DNA of 63,842 bases from NCBI GenBank assembly GCA_027310365.1, contig DAIDAY010000002.1, positions 1 to 63,842 on the forward strand, given 5' to 3'. Positions within the stretch are counted from its first letter, which is position 1. Every line of letters starts with the position of its first letter. The position numbers were made by a program, and so were the translations under genes. Below the pieces are notes generated by a model that was given only the letters and a program-made list of their open reading frames with translations, did not search any database and was not told where the DNA came from. Positions 53,229 through 60,763 of this stretch are shown one piece after another. Origin of the DNA: a bacterium. GTDB taxonomy: Bacteria > Patescibacteriota > Minisyncoccia > UBA6257 > GWB1-50-10.

Positions 53229-53489
53229 TCATTTTTCCGATTTGACGATGCTGGCGTTGTGCATCCAGACGAAATACCAGGCGAAAATCCAGGCGAAGAC
53301 GAACACTCCGGCGGCTCCCGCGATAATGCTGCCCGCATTTATCCAGGTAAAACCGGGTAGAAGTTCAAACAACGAATGATGCAATGCAGCGGCTTTGCCG
53401 GCAAGAAGCAGGCCGTAAGCCAGGCAGAGCGCGTACAACGCCTCGAAGCCCAAAACACAGAACCATCCGTATCGTTTAGAGGAAAGCAT
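53229..53489 (-). CDS. small membrane protein (86 aa)
   Basis: Three hydrophobic segments and a conserved-looking LHHSLFELLPGF loop. Confidence 0.45.
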   Translation of the reverse strand: MLSSKRYGWFCVLGFEALYALCLAYGLLLAGKAAALHHSLFELLPGFTWINAGSIIAGAAGVFVFAWIFAWYFVWMHNASIVKSEK

Positions 53490-53655
53490 AAAATGAGATG
53501 TTATTAATTACCTTTTTCGTTTCTCTTCTCCTTGCGCGGCGATATCGGCCGGAGACGGATGTTCTGCCGTCTCCATCGCTACGGCGGGTAAAATTACTGA
53601 CACAAACAATTTTCCGGCGCTTTCATTGCTGGCGACAGCTGTATACATCGTTGCA

Positions 53656-53868
53656 TTACGCTCTTTGAAAAAATAACTGCAATGTTGCGCCCGCGATGAT
53701 CAGCAGGATACCCGCGAAGGTTAGCAGCCATTCCTTTCGCATCGTCCGCAGCACATCCGTGTCTATTCTCCGTTCTTTGGAAATATGTCGATGCACCGTG
53801 AACACAGCAAGGCCGATGCATACTTTCCCGACGGTATCCAGCACGAGGCCGATCGAAAATAAATTCAT
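53656..53868 (-). CDS. small 2-TM membrane protein (70 aa)
   Basis: ATGA overlap with the upstream thioredoxin-like gene. Confidence 0.45.
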   Translation of the reverse strand: MNLFSIGLVLDTVGKVCIGLAVFTVHRHISKERRIDTDVLRTMRKEWLLTFAGILLIIAGATLQLFFQRA

Positions 53869-54128
53869 GGCCGGTTCTTCAACGCATCCAATTTCCCGAT
53901 AAATTGGTCTTTATCCAGCGCGCCAGTGGAAAACAATTCGCCGTTGACGATAATGCCGGGGCTGGAAAATATGCCGTACTTTTGAACCAGTGCAACGCCT
54001 TCATCGGAGGTGGCGTCAACTTCCGCGATTTGCATTTCTGGATACTTCGGCTTTAACTCCTCGAAAACCTTCTTTGCCTTGGCGCACTCGTGGCATCCGG
54101 GCACCGTAACGAATTGAATGCTGATCAT
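53865..54128 (-). CDS. glutaredoxin/thioredoxin-like protein (CHEC active site)
   Basis: VTVPGCHECAKAKKVFEEL and the thioredoxin-fold length (87 aa). Confidence 0.75.
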   Translation of the reverse strand: MISIQFVTVPGCHECAKAKKVFEELKPKYPEMQIAEVDATSDEGVALVQKYGIFSSPGIIVNGELFSTGALDKDQFIGKLDALKNRP

Positions 54129-54131
54129 GCT

Positions 54132-54344
54132 CTATTTCTCGGCGATGGCGTAGCCCATCTGCTTAATTGTTTTTTCGACCTCCGGAAAACGAAATGCAGC
54201 GTCGTCGAACGTAACGACCGCCTCCTTATTCTCAAAACTTACTTTCGCCGATTTCACGCCGGGCTGGTTCTGGAGCAGCATTTCAATGGACGCCGCGCAA
54301 CTGCCGCAATCCATCCCGCTGATTGAATATGTTTTGGTTTGCAT
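54132..54344 (-). CDS. copZ: copper chaperone CopZ (HMA domain)
   Basis: YSISGMDCGSCAASIE (MxCxxC). Confidence 0.9.
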   Translation of the reverse strand: MQTKTYSISGMDCGSCAASIEMLLQNQPGVKSAKVSFENKEAVVTFDDAAFRFPEVEKTIKQMGYAIAEK

Positions 54345-54357
54345 TATGGCTTTTTAT

Positions 54358-55596
54358 TTATCCCATCTCGACTCCGATGGGCATGGTCAATAGTCCCCAC
54401 GCTATGAACAAAGAAAGCAGAATCCAGAACGCCTTTCGAGACATTGAATTTCTTTTTTTGAAATAATACCACAGAAGTACGGCTGGCGGCAGAAACACGT
54501 TGATCCACGCACCCAGCCAGACGAAGGGAACCGTGGTTTCAAACTGCTGGATCGGGATGTTCGCTTCCGTAACCGTGCCTCCTATTTTGCCAAAAAGCAT
54601 GTTTAACCCTTCGTGGAAAACGGAACCCTCGTACCAAAGATGTCCGAAAACGCCGTTCAAGATGATGAAAGATGCGATGACTATGAGCGCCCAGCCAGTG
54701 ATCTTGTCGACCGTGGCCCTCCGCTTCAAAAGACTCGTCGCGGCGTTCACTCCTATAATGCCGAGAACCGAAAGAAAGATGAGGGGCAGAACCCGGCCAA
54801 GGCCGTTCACCGCCATGTACCAGGCCCCGACAGCCGCGCTGCCCGTTCCGGCCGCAGCGGCGAGAATCAAATATGTAACGGGGTTTGGACAGCCGATGCC
54901 GGCGTTGCCGAGGAAAAGGCCCAAAAAGAGGGATTTCGCGTAATCCGACTGGCGCTGAATGAAAGCCGGCACCTTCGAGTACGAAGGCATTGCAAACGAA
55001 ATAAGTGCGAGTTCCGCAAGGCCGAAAATGAGAGCGGCGATTCCGGCAACGATGTAAAGATATTTCGTCGCTTGATCCAAACCGAGATACTTTCCCACCA
55101 GCGCGATGGCCGCTCCGTAGATCGCGAGCGTCACGACAAGTCCAAGGCTGAAAAGAAGAGCCATGGTCAGCCCCTTTTTGTATCCCTTGCCCATGGAAAG
55201 CGGCACGATGATGAAAACGAGCGGCAACGTGCAGGGCAGGACGATGTTTGATACGCCGCCCGCAAAGGAAAGGATGGTAGTCAGCGTCTTTGCCGGAGAG
55301 GTGGCAAGATAGGTGATTGCAATGATGATCGCCGTGAGAAGGCCGAAAGCAAGACTGACGAAAAATATTTTTGTTTTTTGGCTAGGTTTCAGAGCGACGT
55401 TTTCTTCCGGCGCCGGCTCTGCCGGCCCTGCCACAACTTCTTCCTTTGCCTGAAAGGCGGCGATGAAGCCGAACGTCAGGAGAAAAATCGCGATCAGTGT
55501 GTTCAGCGGGTGAATGCCGTGTGCAAAAAAACTCGTGAAGACAAAATAGAGAACGGCTCCGATGATGAGAAAAAGACCGGTTTTTTTCCGCTCCAT
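54358..55596 (-). CDS. large CcdA/DsbD_2-like polytopic membrane protein
   Basis: The ATG at 55596 gives MERKKTGLFLIIG.... IVLPCTLPLVFIIVPL and GIGCPNPVTY Cys-Pro motifs sit in TM helices. Confidence 0.6.
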   Translation of the reverse strand: MERKKTGLFLIIGAVLYFVFTSFFAHGIHPLNTLIAIFLLTFGFIAAFQAKEEVVAGPAEPAPEENVALKPSQKTKIFFVSLAFGLLTAIIIAITYLATSPAKTLTTILSFAGGVSNIVLPCTLPLVFIIVPLSMGKGYKKGLTMALLFSLGLVVTLAIYGAAIALVGKYLGLDQATKYLYIVAGIAALIFGLAELALISFAMPSYSKVPAFIQRQSDYAKSLFLGLFLGNAGIGCPNPVTYLILAAAAGTGSAAVGAWYMAVNGLGRVLPLIFLSVLGIIGVNAATSLLKRRATVDKITGWALIVIASFIILNGVFGHLWYEGSVFHEGLNMLFGKIGGTVTEANIPIQQFETTVPFVWLGAWINVFLPPAVLLWYYFKKRNSMSRKAFWILLSLFIAWGLLTMPIGVEMG

Positions 55597-55610
55597 GTTT
55601 TTATTCCTGG

Positions 55611-55781
55611 CTAATGGCAGCAGCTGTGGGATCCGTGGGACTGTTCCTTGACCGTTTTTTTCCGGTATTCTTCGCGGCAGTTTTCCGAGCAAAACTTTTT
55701 GCCCCACCCTTCCGGGTATTTTTTGTCTTTTTCCAGCGCCATGCCGCAGACCGGACACTTTTGTTTGAAAAGATTGATCAT
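55611..55781 (-). CDS. unannotated 56-aa TRASH/YHS-like metal-binding ORF
   Basis: Hand translation gives MINLFKQKCPVCGMALEKDKKYPEGWGKKFCSENCREEYRKKTVKEQSHGSHSCCH. It fills the gap between the repressor gene and the CcdA-like gene. Below the track's size cut-off. Confidence 0.6.
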   Translation of the reverse strand: MINLFKQKCPVCGMALEKDKKYPEGWGKKFCSENCREEYRKKTVKEQSHGSHSCCH

Positions 55782-55790
55782 GTTTTCCGA

Positions 55791-56102
55791 TTATTTATTT
55801 GACAGTGTGTAAACCCTGACGAGCTCCTGCACGGCTTTGTCTATCTCGTCCTTGCGGTTCATGTGGTTTCTCACGTGCGTGCGTAAATGATTTTCCAGCA
55901 TGTAGGCGTCAAGGCTCTTGAGCGACCTTTGGATGGAAAGCGACCGCTCCAGCAGAGTGGGACAGTACACTTCCTTTTCGATTGCCTGAATAAGGCCTTC
56001 AATCTGGCCCCGGATGATTTTCGCGCGGTGGACTGATCTCTTTTTAAGTTTTTGGTCCAATATGAGCATGCAATCCGTTTGCTGGCGGCGCTTCCGCCCC
56101 AT
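55791..56102 (-). CDS. CsoR/RcnR-family (DUF156) metal-sensing repressor
   Basis: HRAKIIRGQIEGLIQAIEKEVYCPTLLERSLSIQRSLKSLDAYMLENHLRTHV gives the family's helical layout, with Cys, His, His at the X, Y, Z ligand positions. Confidence 0.8.
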   Translation of the reverse strand: MGRKRRQQTDCMLILDQKLKKRSVHRAKIIRGQIEGLIQAIEKEVYCPTLLERSLSIQRSLKSLDAYMLENHLRTHVRNHMNRKDEIDKAVQELVRVYTLSNK

Positions 56103-56107
56103 ATCAT

Positions 56108-56136
56108 ATCCTATACCCCCATACCCTATATGTCAA
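56108..56136 (-). promoter_or_regulatory. repressor-operon promoter with a C/G-tract operator; near-leaderless
   Basis: Minus strand reads TTGACA-TATAGGGTATGGGGGTA-TAGGAT, then 5 nt, then the ATG (56102). It shares about 30 bp with the copA promoter. Confidence 0.6.
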
Positions 56137-56199
56137 GGGCCAGGATCCGCGCAACCAAAAAAGCCGATGCCGGAAAAGCGTAGGTATTGGATCCGCCCG

Positions 56200-56643
56200 T
56201 TACTCGACTTTGAGCGTGCCGACCATGCCTTGCTCTCGATGGCCGGCAACCGAACAGAAATACGTGTACGTTCCCGCTGGCAGCGAAAATTCCACCGTAT
56301 CGCTTTCTCCGGCGCCAATCGTCCGGGTGGCTATCGTCCGTCTGCCTGCCGCTTGCTGCTCGATCGTCCAGTTATGGATTGCTTGGCCGTTATTTATGAA
56401 AGTGACTCTCGTCCGCTCGCCGGCTTTCATGGTCAGCGTCGCCGGCGAGAATGAAAATTCCGCGCCGATGACGGTTATCGCCTTTGTGCTTGGTTGAGAT
56501 CCCTGCTGCTCCGGTGGCGTTTGCGGCGCAATCAAGCCCTGATTTGACGGCGGGGTCGGCGATTGATATCCGTCGCGCAGCAAAAAGTATCCACCGACGA
56601 GAATGACCGATCCAAGCACGATGATGAATGTTGTTTTAGTCAT
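56200..56643 (-). CDS. membrane-anchored cupredoxin (type-1 copper site)
   Basis: AIHNW plus YFCSVAGHREQGMVGTLKVE provide the His, Cys, His, Met ligands. Confidence 0.85.
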   Translation of the reverse strand: MTKTTFIIVLGSVILVGGYFLLRDGYQSPTPPSNQGLIAPQTPPEQQGSQPSTKAITVIGAEFSFSPATLTMKAGERTRVTFINNGQAIHNWTIEQQAAGRRTIATRTIGAGESDTVEFSLPAGTYTYFCSVAGHREQGMVGTLKVE

Positions 56644-56704
56644 GACATATTGATTTGTCGATATGGTTCAATGGACCAGGCTTGTTCGACCAGGCAAGCC
56701 GTTT

Positions 56705-57508
56705 TTACGCATCGTTTGCCGTTTTCATGCGCTCGTCCAATTCCCGCAGCAGAAACAAGCTGACTTCATCCATCGTTGTTTTCTCGCCGACGGAGAAGGG
56801 ATCGTCGATTTTGCGAATCAGCTTCAGAATGTAGATAAAAAGATACGAAACGACCGCAACGAGAATCAACCCGTCAAGCGGGGGCTCTATCTTCGTAAAA
56901 ATCAACAAGCCAATGATCAGGATAACGAACGTTTGCAGCAGGATGTAGGCGGAGGGGATGAACCTGATCCGCTGGATGTGGTAGATGCGCAAAAAGGCCT
57001 TGCGTATCGCGCCTTGCTCCTGCTTAAGTCTGACGATGTAATTGGCGGGAATGCCAAAACGTTCCATCTCCAGGAACGATGCTGAAAGTTGAGATGCCGC
57101 GGCGATTGCCGTCCTCCCTCCGGCGTCCAAATCCTCTTGCAGCGACTGGATAATCAGACGAAGCCTTTGACGCAGGAGCGCAAGGTTGAATTGCTTTCTC
57201 AATGCTTTGACATATACCCCGTCTTCGTATATAGCCTCGATGGACGCGACGATTTCAGCCGGCAGCCTGTCGCCTTCTTTGAAGTCGGCAATGACGCCCC
57301 CGAGAAGAATGCTCGCGATGAAAATGCCTCCGGCGATAACGCTCGTGAAAAGCGGGCTCAAGCTGAAAAATTCGAACGACAGCGATTCGACAGCCAGTAT
57401 CTTCAACAGCAGGATACCGGCAACTATGATTGCCGTATCGATAAGTAGTCTGCGGTTTTTATTGAGAATATCCGGCATAGATGCGTTCCTCGTTTCCTTG
57501 CTCGTCAC
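56705..57508 (-). CDS. 2+2 TM membrane protein with a central helical domain (function unknown)
   Basis: GTG start at 57508 or ATG at 57478. The topology recalls bestrophin-like/UPF proteins, but no diagnostic motif was found. Confidence 0.45.
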   Translation of the reverse strand: MTSKETRNASMPDILNKNRRLLIDTAIIVAGILLLKILAVESLSFEFFSLSPLFTSVIAGGIFIASILLGGVIADFKEGDRLPAEIVASIEAIYEDGVYVKALRKQFNLALLRQRLRLIIQSLQEDLDAGGRTAIAAASQLSASFLEMERFGIPANYIVRLKQEQGAIRKAFLRIYHIQRIRFIPSAYILLQTFVILIIGLLIFTKIEPPLDGLILVAVVSYLFIYILKLIRKIDDPFSVGEKTTMDEVSLFLLRELDERMKTANDA

Positions 57509-57513
57509 CGTCG

Positions 57514-58053
57514 TTATCCAATGAATGCTTTGATCGCCTTTTCGTCAAAACGTTCCAGTGTTTCCGATTGCCCCCGTTTGGTCAAAACGATTTTCGCGTC
57601 GTAGCCATTCGGGGCAAGATAAACATTGTCCGGATATCGTTTTATGAGGTCGGTGAGTTTGGCAACAAGATCGGATGCGCAGGAATATTTTTTACAGTTG
57701 TATTGCACGATAACGCCGGGTTTGCCTCTGCCATCGGCGTGTTCGAGCATGTGGCGCTGCGTTCCGTCAGGTAGGGGACGGTCGGTGATATGCGTCGCAG
57801 GCATATCCTCCGTGTGGCCCTGCACGATCGTCGGCGGCAGGATCGGGCGTGTCGAGATATACCAGCCAAGGCTGAAAATCGTTCCGCCCGCGATCAGAAC
57901 GGCCGAAGCGGCGCGCACCGCCGTTTTCAACGAGCGCTTACGCCGCAAAGCCAGGCGTCCTTCCGCTTTGCGCAGCTTCCTTTGCTGGTAGCGTTCCCGT
58001 CGGGACGGTTGCCCGGCCCCCGCATTGCGCGTTTTTTCCGCCGATTCGTTCAT
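57514..58053 (-). CDS. DUF3105-like membrane-anchored protein
   Basis: PPTIVQGHTEDMP...RHMLEHADGRGKPGVIVQYNC follows the recalled DUF3105 pattern (PPxxGxH...HxLEHG-V-Y). Confidence 0.65.
   Translation of the reverse strand: MNESAEKTRNAGAGQPSRRERYQQRKLRKAEGRLALRRKRSLKTAVRAASAVLIAGGTIFSLGWYISTRPILPPTIVQGHTEDMPATHITDRPLPDGTQRHMLEHADGRGKPGVIVQYNCKKYSCASDLVAKLTDLIKRYPDNVYLAPNGYDAKIVLTKRGQSETLERFDEKAIKAFIG
57611..57840. repeat. 230-bp near-identical repeat, copy 1
   Basis: Matches 60337-60566 at 228 of 230 positions by hand alignment (differences at 57638 and 57769). Confidence 0.9.
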
Positions 58054-58550
58054 TGGAGTTTCTTAATGATTGTGTAGCCGCTTTTCTCCCAATCGATCAT
58101 CCCGCCCGCCAGATGAGACACTTGGGTGTAGCCAAGATCCATCAGCTCCTGTGCCGCTCTTTCGCTCATCCGGCCGCTGCGGCAGTAGAGCACTATTTTT
58201 GCATTTTTGTCTTTCGGCAATTTGCCGAGATTGCCTGCTATTTCATTGTAGGGGATAAAGGCGTCGGTGTCCTGTATTTCGCCTTCGTAGGGAATGTGGA
58301 CATTCACAAAAAAGAAATCCTTCTTTTCGAGCATCGATGCCAATTCCTGGCTGGTAATAGAGGGGACGCTGGAGTTTCTTTGGGCTTGGTTGGTGCAGCC
58401 ACCCTGATTCAACCAGCAAACAGCGCTGTCTCCGATGAGTGTCTGGACGGATCGCGGCGGAGTTTCGCGCGATTGCGGAATGCTGAACAGCGCGATGCCG
58501 CCTGCCGCTGCTACCGCAATGCCAACAAGGATAATCGCCGTGCTCTTCAT
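58050..58550 (-). CDS. membrane-anchored rhodanese-domain sulfurtransferase
   Basis: The ATG at 58550 gives MKSTAIILVG.... The active-site loop is LYCRSGRMS. Confidence 0.85.
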   Translation of the reverse strand: MKSTAIILVGIAVAAAGGIALFSIPQSRETPPRSVQTLIGDSAVCWLNQGGCTNQAQRNSSVPSITSQELASMLEKKDFFFVNVHIPYEGEIQDTDAFIPYNEIAGNLGKLPKDKNAKIVLYCRSGRMSERAAQELMDLGYTQVSHLAGGMIDWEKSGYTIIKKLQ

Positions 58551-58555
58551 GGTGG

Positions 58556-60217
58556 TTATACGCCACACCCTCCGCCTCCTTGCTTTTGCGGCACCAAGTT
58601 GGGATTCTTGGCGATAATCTCTTGAAGCGGCCGGGCGATGTTTTTCGCCCAACCGGGGCCACTGGAATAATCGAAGCCAATAATTTCTTTAGGATCGACG
58701 TTTTCCCAATCGATGTTTTTGGCGAGCTTGTAATACAACGCAGTCTGGATGTAGGTTTGCGGAAACCAGAAGGAATTGAACTGCAGCGCAACTCGGTACA
58801 AATCGTCTGTGGAAAGCCCCTGCGCCGCGCCGAGTTCGATCAAGCCGAGCATGGCTGAACCGTGGTTGCAATCCTGGAAAAACGCGGAGTTGCCGCAGCA
58901 GGGACGGTAGACGTTTTGCGCCACCTCGAGGGCGACCGCCTCCTGTTCCGGCGTAAGCTGAACAATTTCGTATTTGTTAAAATACTTGCCGCCGTTGTCC
59001 TCCCGACCCAGCGTCCAGCCGCCGGTCGAAGCGAAGTCGAACAGCGATTTCCCGTTCACCGGGCTCTTTTCGTTGAATTGGGTTTTATTGGCAAGCCCGA
59101 GCGGCCATAGCAGATTGATCATGATGCCGGCATTGTCGGCGTTGATGGCAAGCGGCTCGCTGGAGGAGGTGGTGAGCAGCGCAAGCTCCTTCTCGGTTAT
59201 GCCGCGGTCTTTGTATACATCTTTGAATTTTGCGATATCGATGATGCCGTTCTGCGCCAATTTGACCACCGCGTCACCCAACACTATTTTCGTTTGAAAC
59301 CCCCGCCGGGGCAGCACTTTCGCGACCACTGCGCCGTAGAGCTGATTGCCGGTTCCGGCATTCCGGACGCCGCTCACCGCGTTCATCAGGAGCGTTCCAT
59401 CTTTTGCGGCTGCGCTTGCCGCGACTTGTTCTCGGCTCCACAGCGGCGCCGCTGAAAAAAGGATCAGGAAAAAAACCGCAAGAAGCGTCCGATAGGACAG
59501 CAATGAGTCGGATTGCTCCGGGGATTTTTGTCCGCCCGCCGCCGGCTCGACCGCGCAGGTCTCGCACGCTTTCGCTTGAGAAAGTTTCCTCGTGGAGAGG
59601 AAAAGCGCGGCTCCGAAGAACGCCGCGCTCAAGAATTTCAATTCGAGGCCCTTGAACGGCAGGACGGCAACGCCACCGGCGATGCCGATCGCCGAAAGAA
59701 GGAAAGAACCGCAGATGGGGCAGGCCGCCGCAAAGGCGCCGAATATTGCGCCGAACGCATTGCCACCTTGATCTTTTATGCTGTGCAGCCCGGAGTTCCG
59801 CCATGCATAAACGGCTACCGCCAAGCTCATGCCGAAAAGAATCATACTCAGAAGAGTGAAGAGGACATACGGCCAGAAATAGAGTGGCACGTTCCCGTAC
59901 ATCCCAGAGAAAGTGACCCACGTGGTGGTTTTTGAAAGCAGCCACCAGTAAAGAAGCCCGAGCGCCAGCGCGCCATCGATTGCCACGAAAAGATACAGCG
60001 GCTGCCCGAATATCGTTTTCAGGGGAGAAGCGTGAAGCTCATGCGCCGCTTTTTCTTCGTCGCCGCCATTCTCTGCGGCGTGTGTGGTGATCTCGATGTT
60101 GCAGGTATGGCGCTCCCTGCACCACGCCTCGCACTTTTCCGCCCATTCTTTTTCGGCATACCTTAATCCGCATTCCGCGCATTGATACGATGTTCCTTTC
60201 TTCGTTATGACTTGCAT
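58556..60217 (-). CDS. fusion protein: zinc ribbon plus 4-TM CxxC module plus extracytoplasmic YRPCCGNS domain
   Basis: The N-terminus is YQCAECG...CEAWCRERHTC. The TM region has ILFGMSLAVAVY and AAACPICGSFLLS. The C-terminal 300 aa are paralogous to 30917..31918 and end GGGGCGV. Confidence 0.75.
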   Translation of the reverse strand: MQVITKKGTSYQCAECGLRYAEKEWAEKCEAWCRERHTCNIEITTHAAENGGDEEKAAHELHASPLKTIFGQPLYLFVAIDGALALGLLYWWLLSKTTTWVTFSGMYGNVPLYFWPYVLFTLLSMILFGMSLAVAVYAWRNSGLHSIKDQGGNAFGAIFGAFAAACPICGSFLLSAIGIAGGVAVLPFKGLELKFLSAAFFGAALFLSTRKLSQAKACETCAVEPAAGGQKSPEQSDSLLSYRTLLAVFFLILFSAAPLWSREQVAASAAAKDGTLLMNAVSGVRNAGTGNQLYGAVVAKVLPRRGFQTKIVLGDAVVKLAQNGIIDIAKFKDVYKDRGITEKELALLTTSSSEPLAINADNAGIMINLLWPLGLANKTQFNEKSPVNGKSLFDFASTGGWTLGREDNGGKYFNKYEIVQLTPEQEAVALEVAQNVYRPCCGNSAFFQDCNHGSAMLGLIELGAAQGLSTDDLYRVALQFNSFWFPQTYIQTALYYKLAKNIDWENVDPKEIIGFDYSSGPGWAKNIARPLQEIIAKNPNLVPQKQGGGGCGV

Positions 60218-60236
60218 ATCGTTTTATTTTTGTTAT

Positions 60237-60749
60237 TCATGTGCCGATGAATTTCGCGATGGCTTGCTCGTCAAAGCCGCCGAGAACCTGCAAAGCGTCG
60301 AGTTTCGTCAAGATAATTTTACCATCATACTCGCCGGGGGCAAGATAAACATTGTCCGGATATTGTTTTATGAGGTCGGTGAGTTTGGCAACAAGATCGG
60401 ATGCGCAGGAATATTTTTTACAGTTGTATTGCACGATAACGCCGGGTTTGCCTCTGCCATCGGCGTGTTCGAGCATGTGGCGCTGCGTTCCGTCGGGTAG
60501 GGGACGGTCGGTGATATGCGTCGCAGGCATATCCTCCGTGTGGCCCTGCACGATCGTCGGCGGCAGATTGGGACGAGTGGAAGCGAACCATACGAGACCG
60601 CCCACTGCCCCGAGGGCCGCGGCGACGCCTAACGTTCGGGCGGCGGCTTTTGTGGAACGGTGTTTCATTGCGGCATCCTTTCGAGCCGCAAGCTTTTCCT
60701 GCTTTCTCGGCTCATGCCGATCTTGATTCGTCGATTGTCGAGATGTCAT
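60237..60749 (-). CDS. DUF3105-like membrane-anchored protein (paralog)
   Basis: The ATG at 60749 gives MTSRQSTNQ.... The central 77 aa are nearly identical to 57514..58053. Confidence 0.65.
   Translation of the reverse strand: MTSRQSTNQDRHEPRKQEKLAARKDAAMKHRSTKAAARTLGVAAALGAVGGLVWFASTRPNLPPTIVQGHTEDMPATHITDRPLPDGTQRHMLEHADGRGKPGVIVQYNCKKYSCASDLVAKLTDLIKQYPDNVYLAPGEYDGKIILTKLDALQVLGGFDEQAIAKFIGT
60337..60566. repeat. 230-bp near-identical repeat, copy 2
   Basis: See copy 1. The offset is 2726 bp in direct orientation, and both copies lie inside DUF3105-like genes. Confidence 0.9.
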
Positions 60750-60763
60750 GTTTTTGGAGAGGA

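Noticed and set aside
57611-60566. The 230-bp repeat pair as template and variable repeats of a diversity-generating retroelement.
   Set aside because: There are only two mismatches and they are not adenine-specific. No reverse transcriptase or accessory gene is nearby. Both copies encode the conserved core of paralogous proteins.
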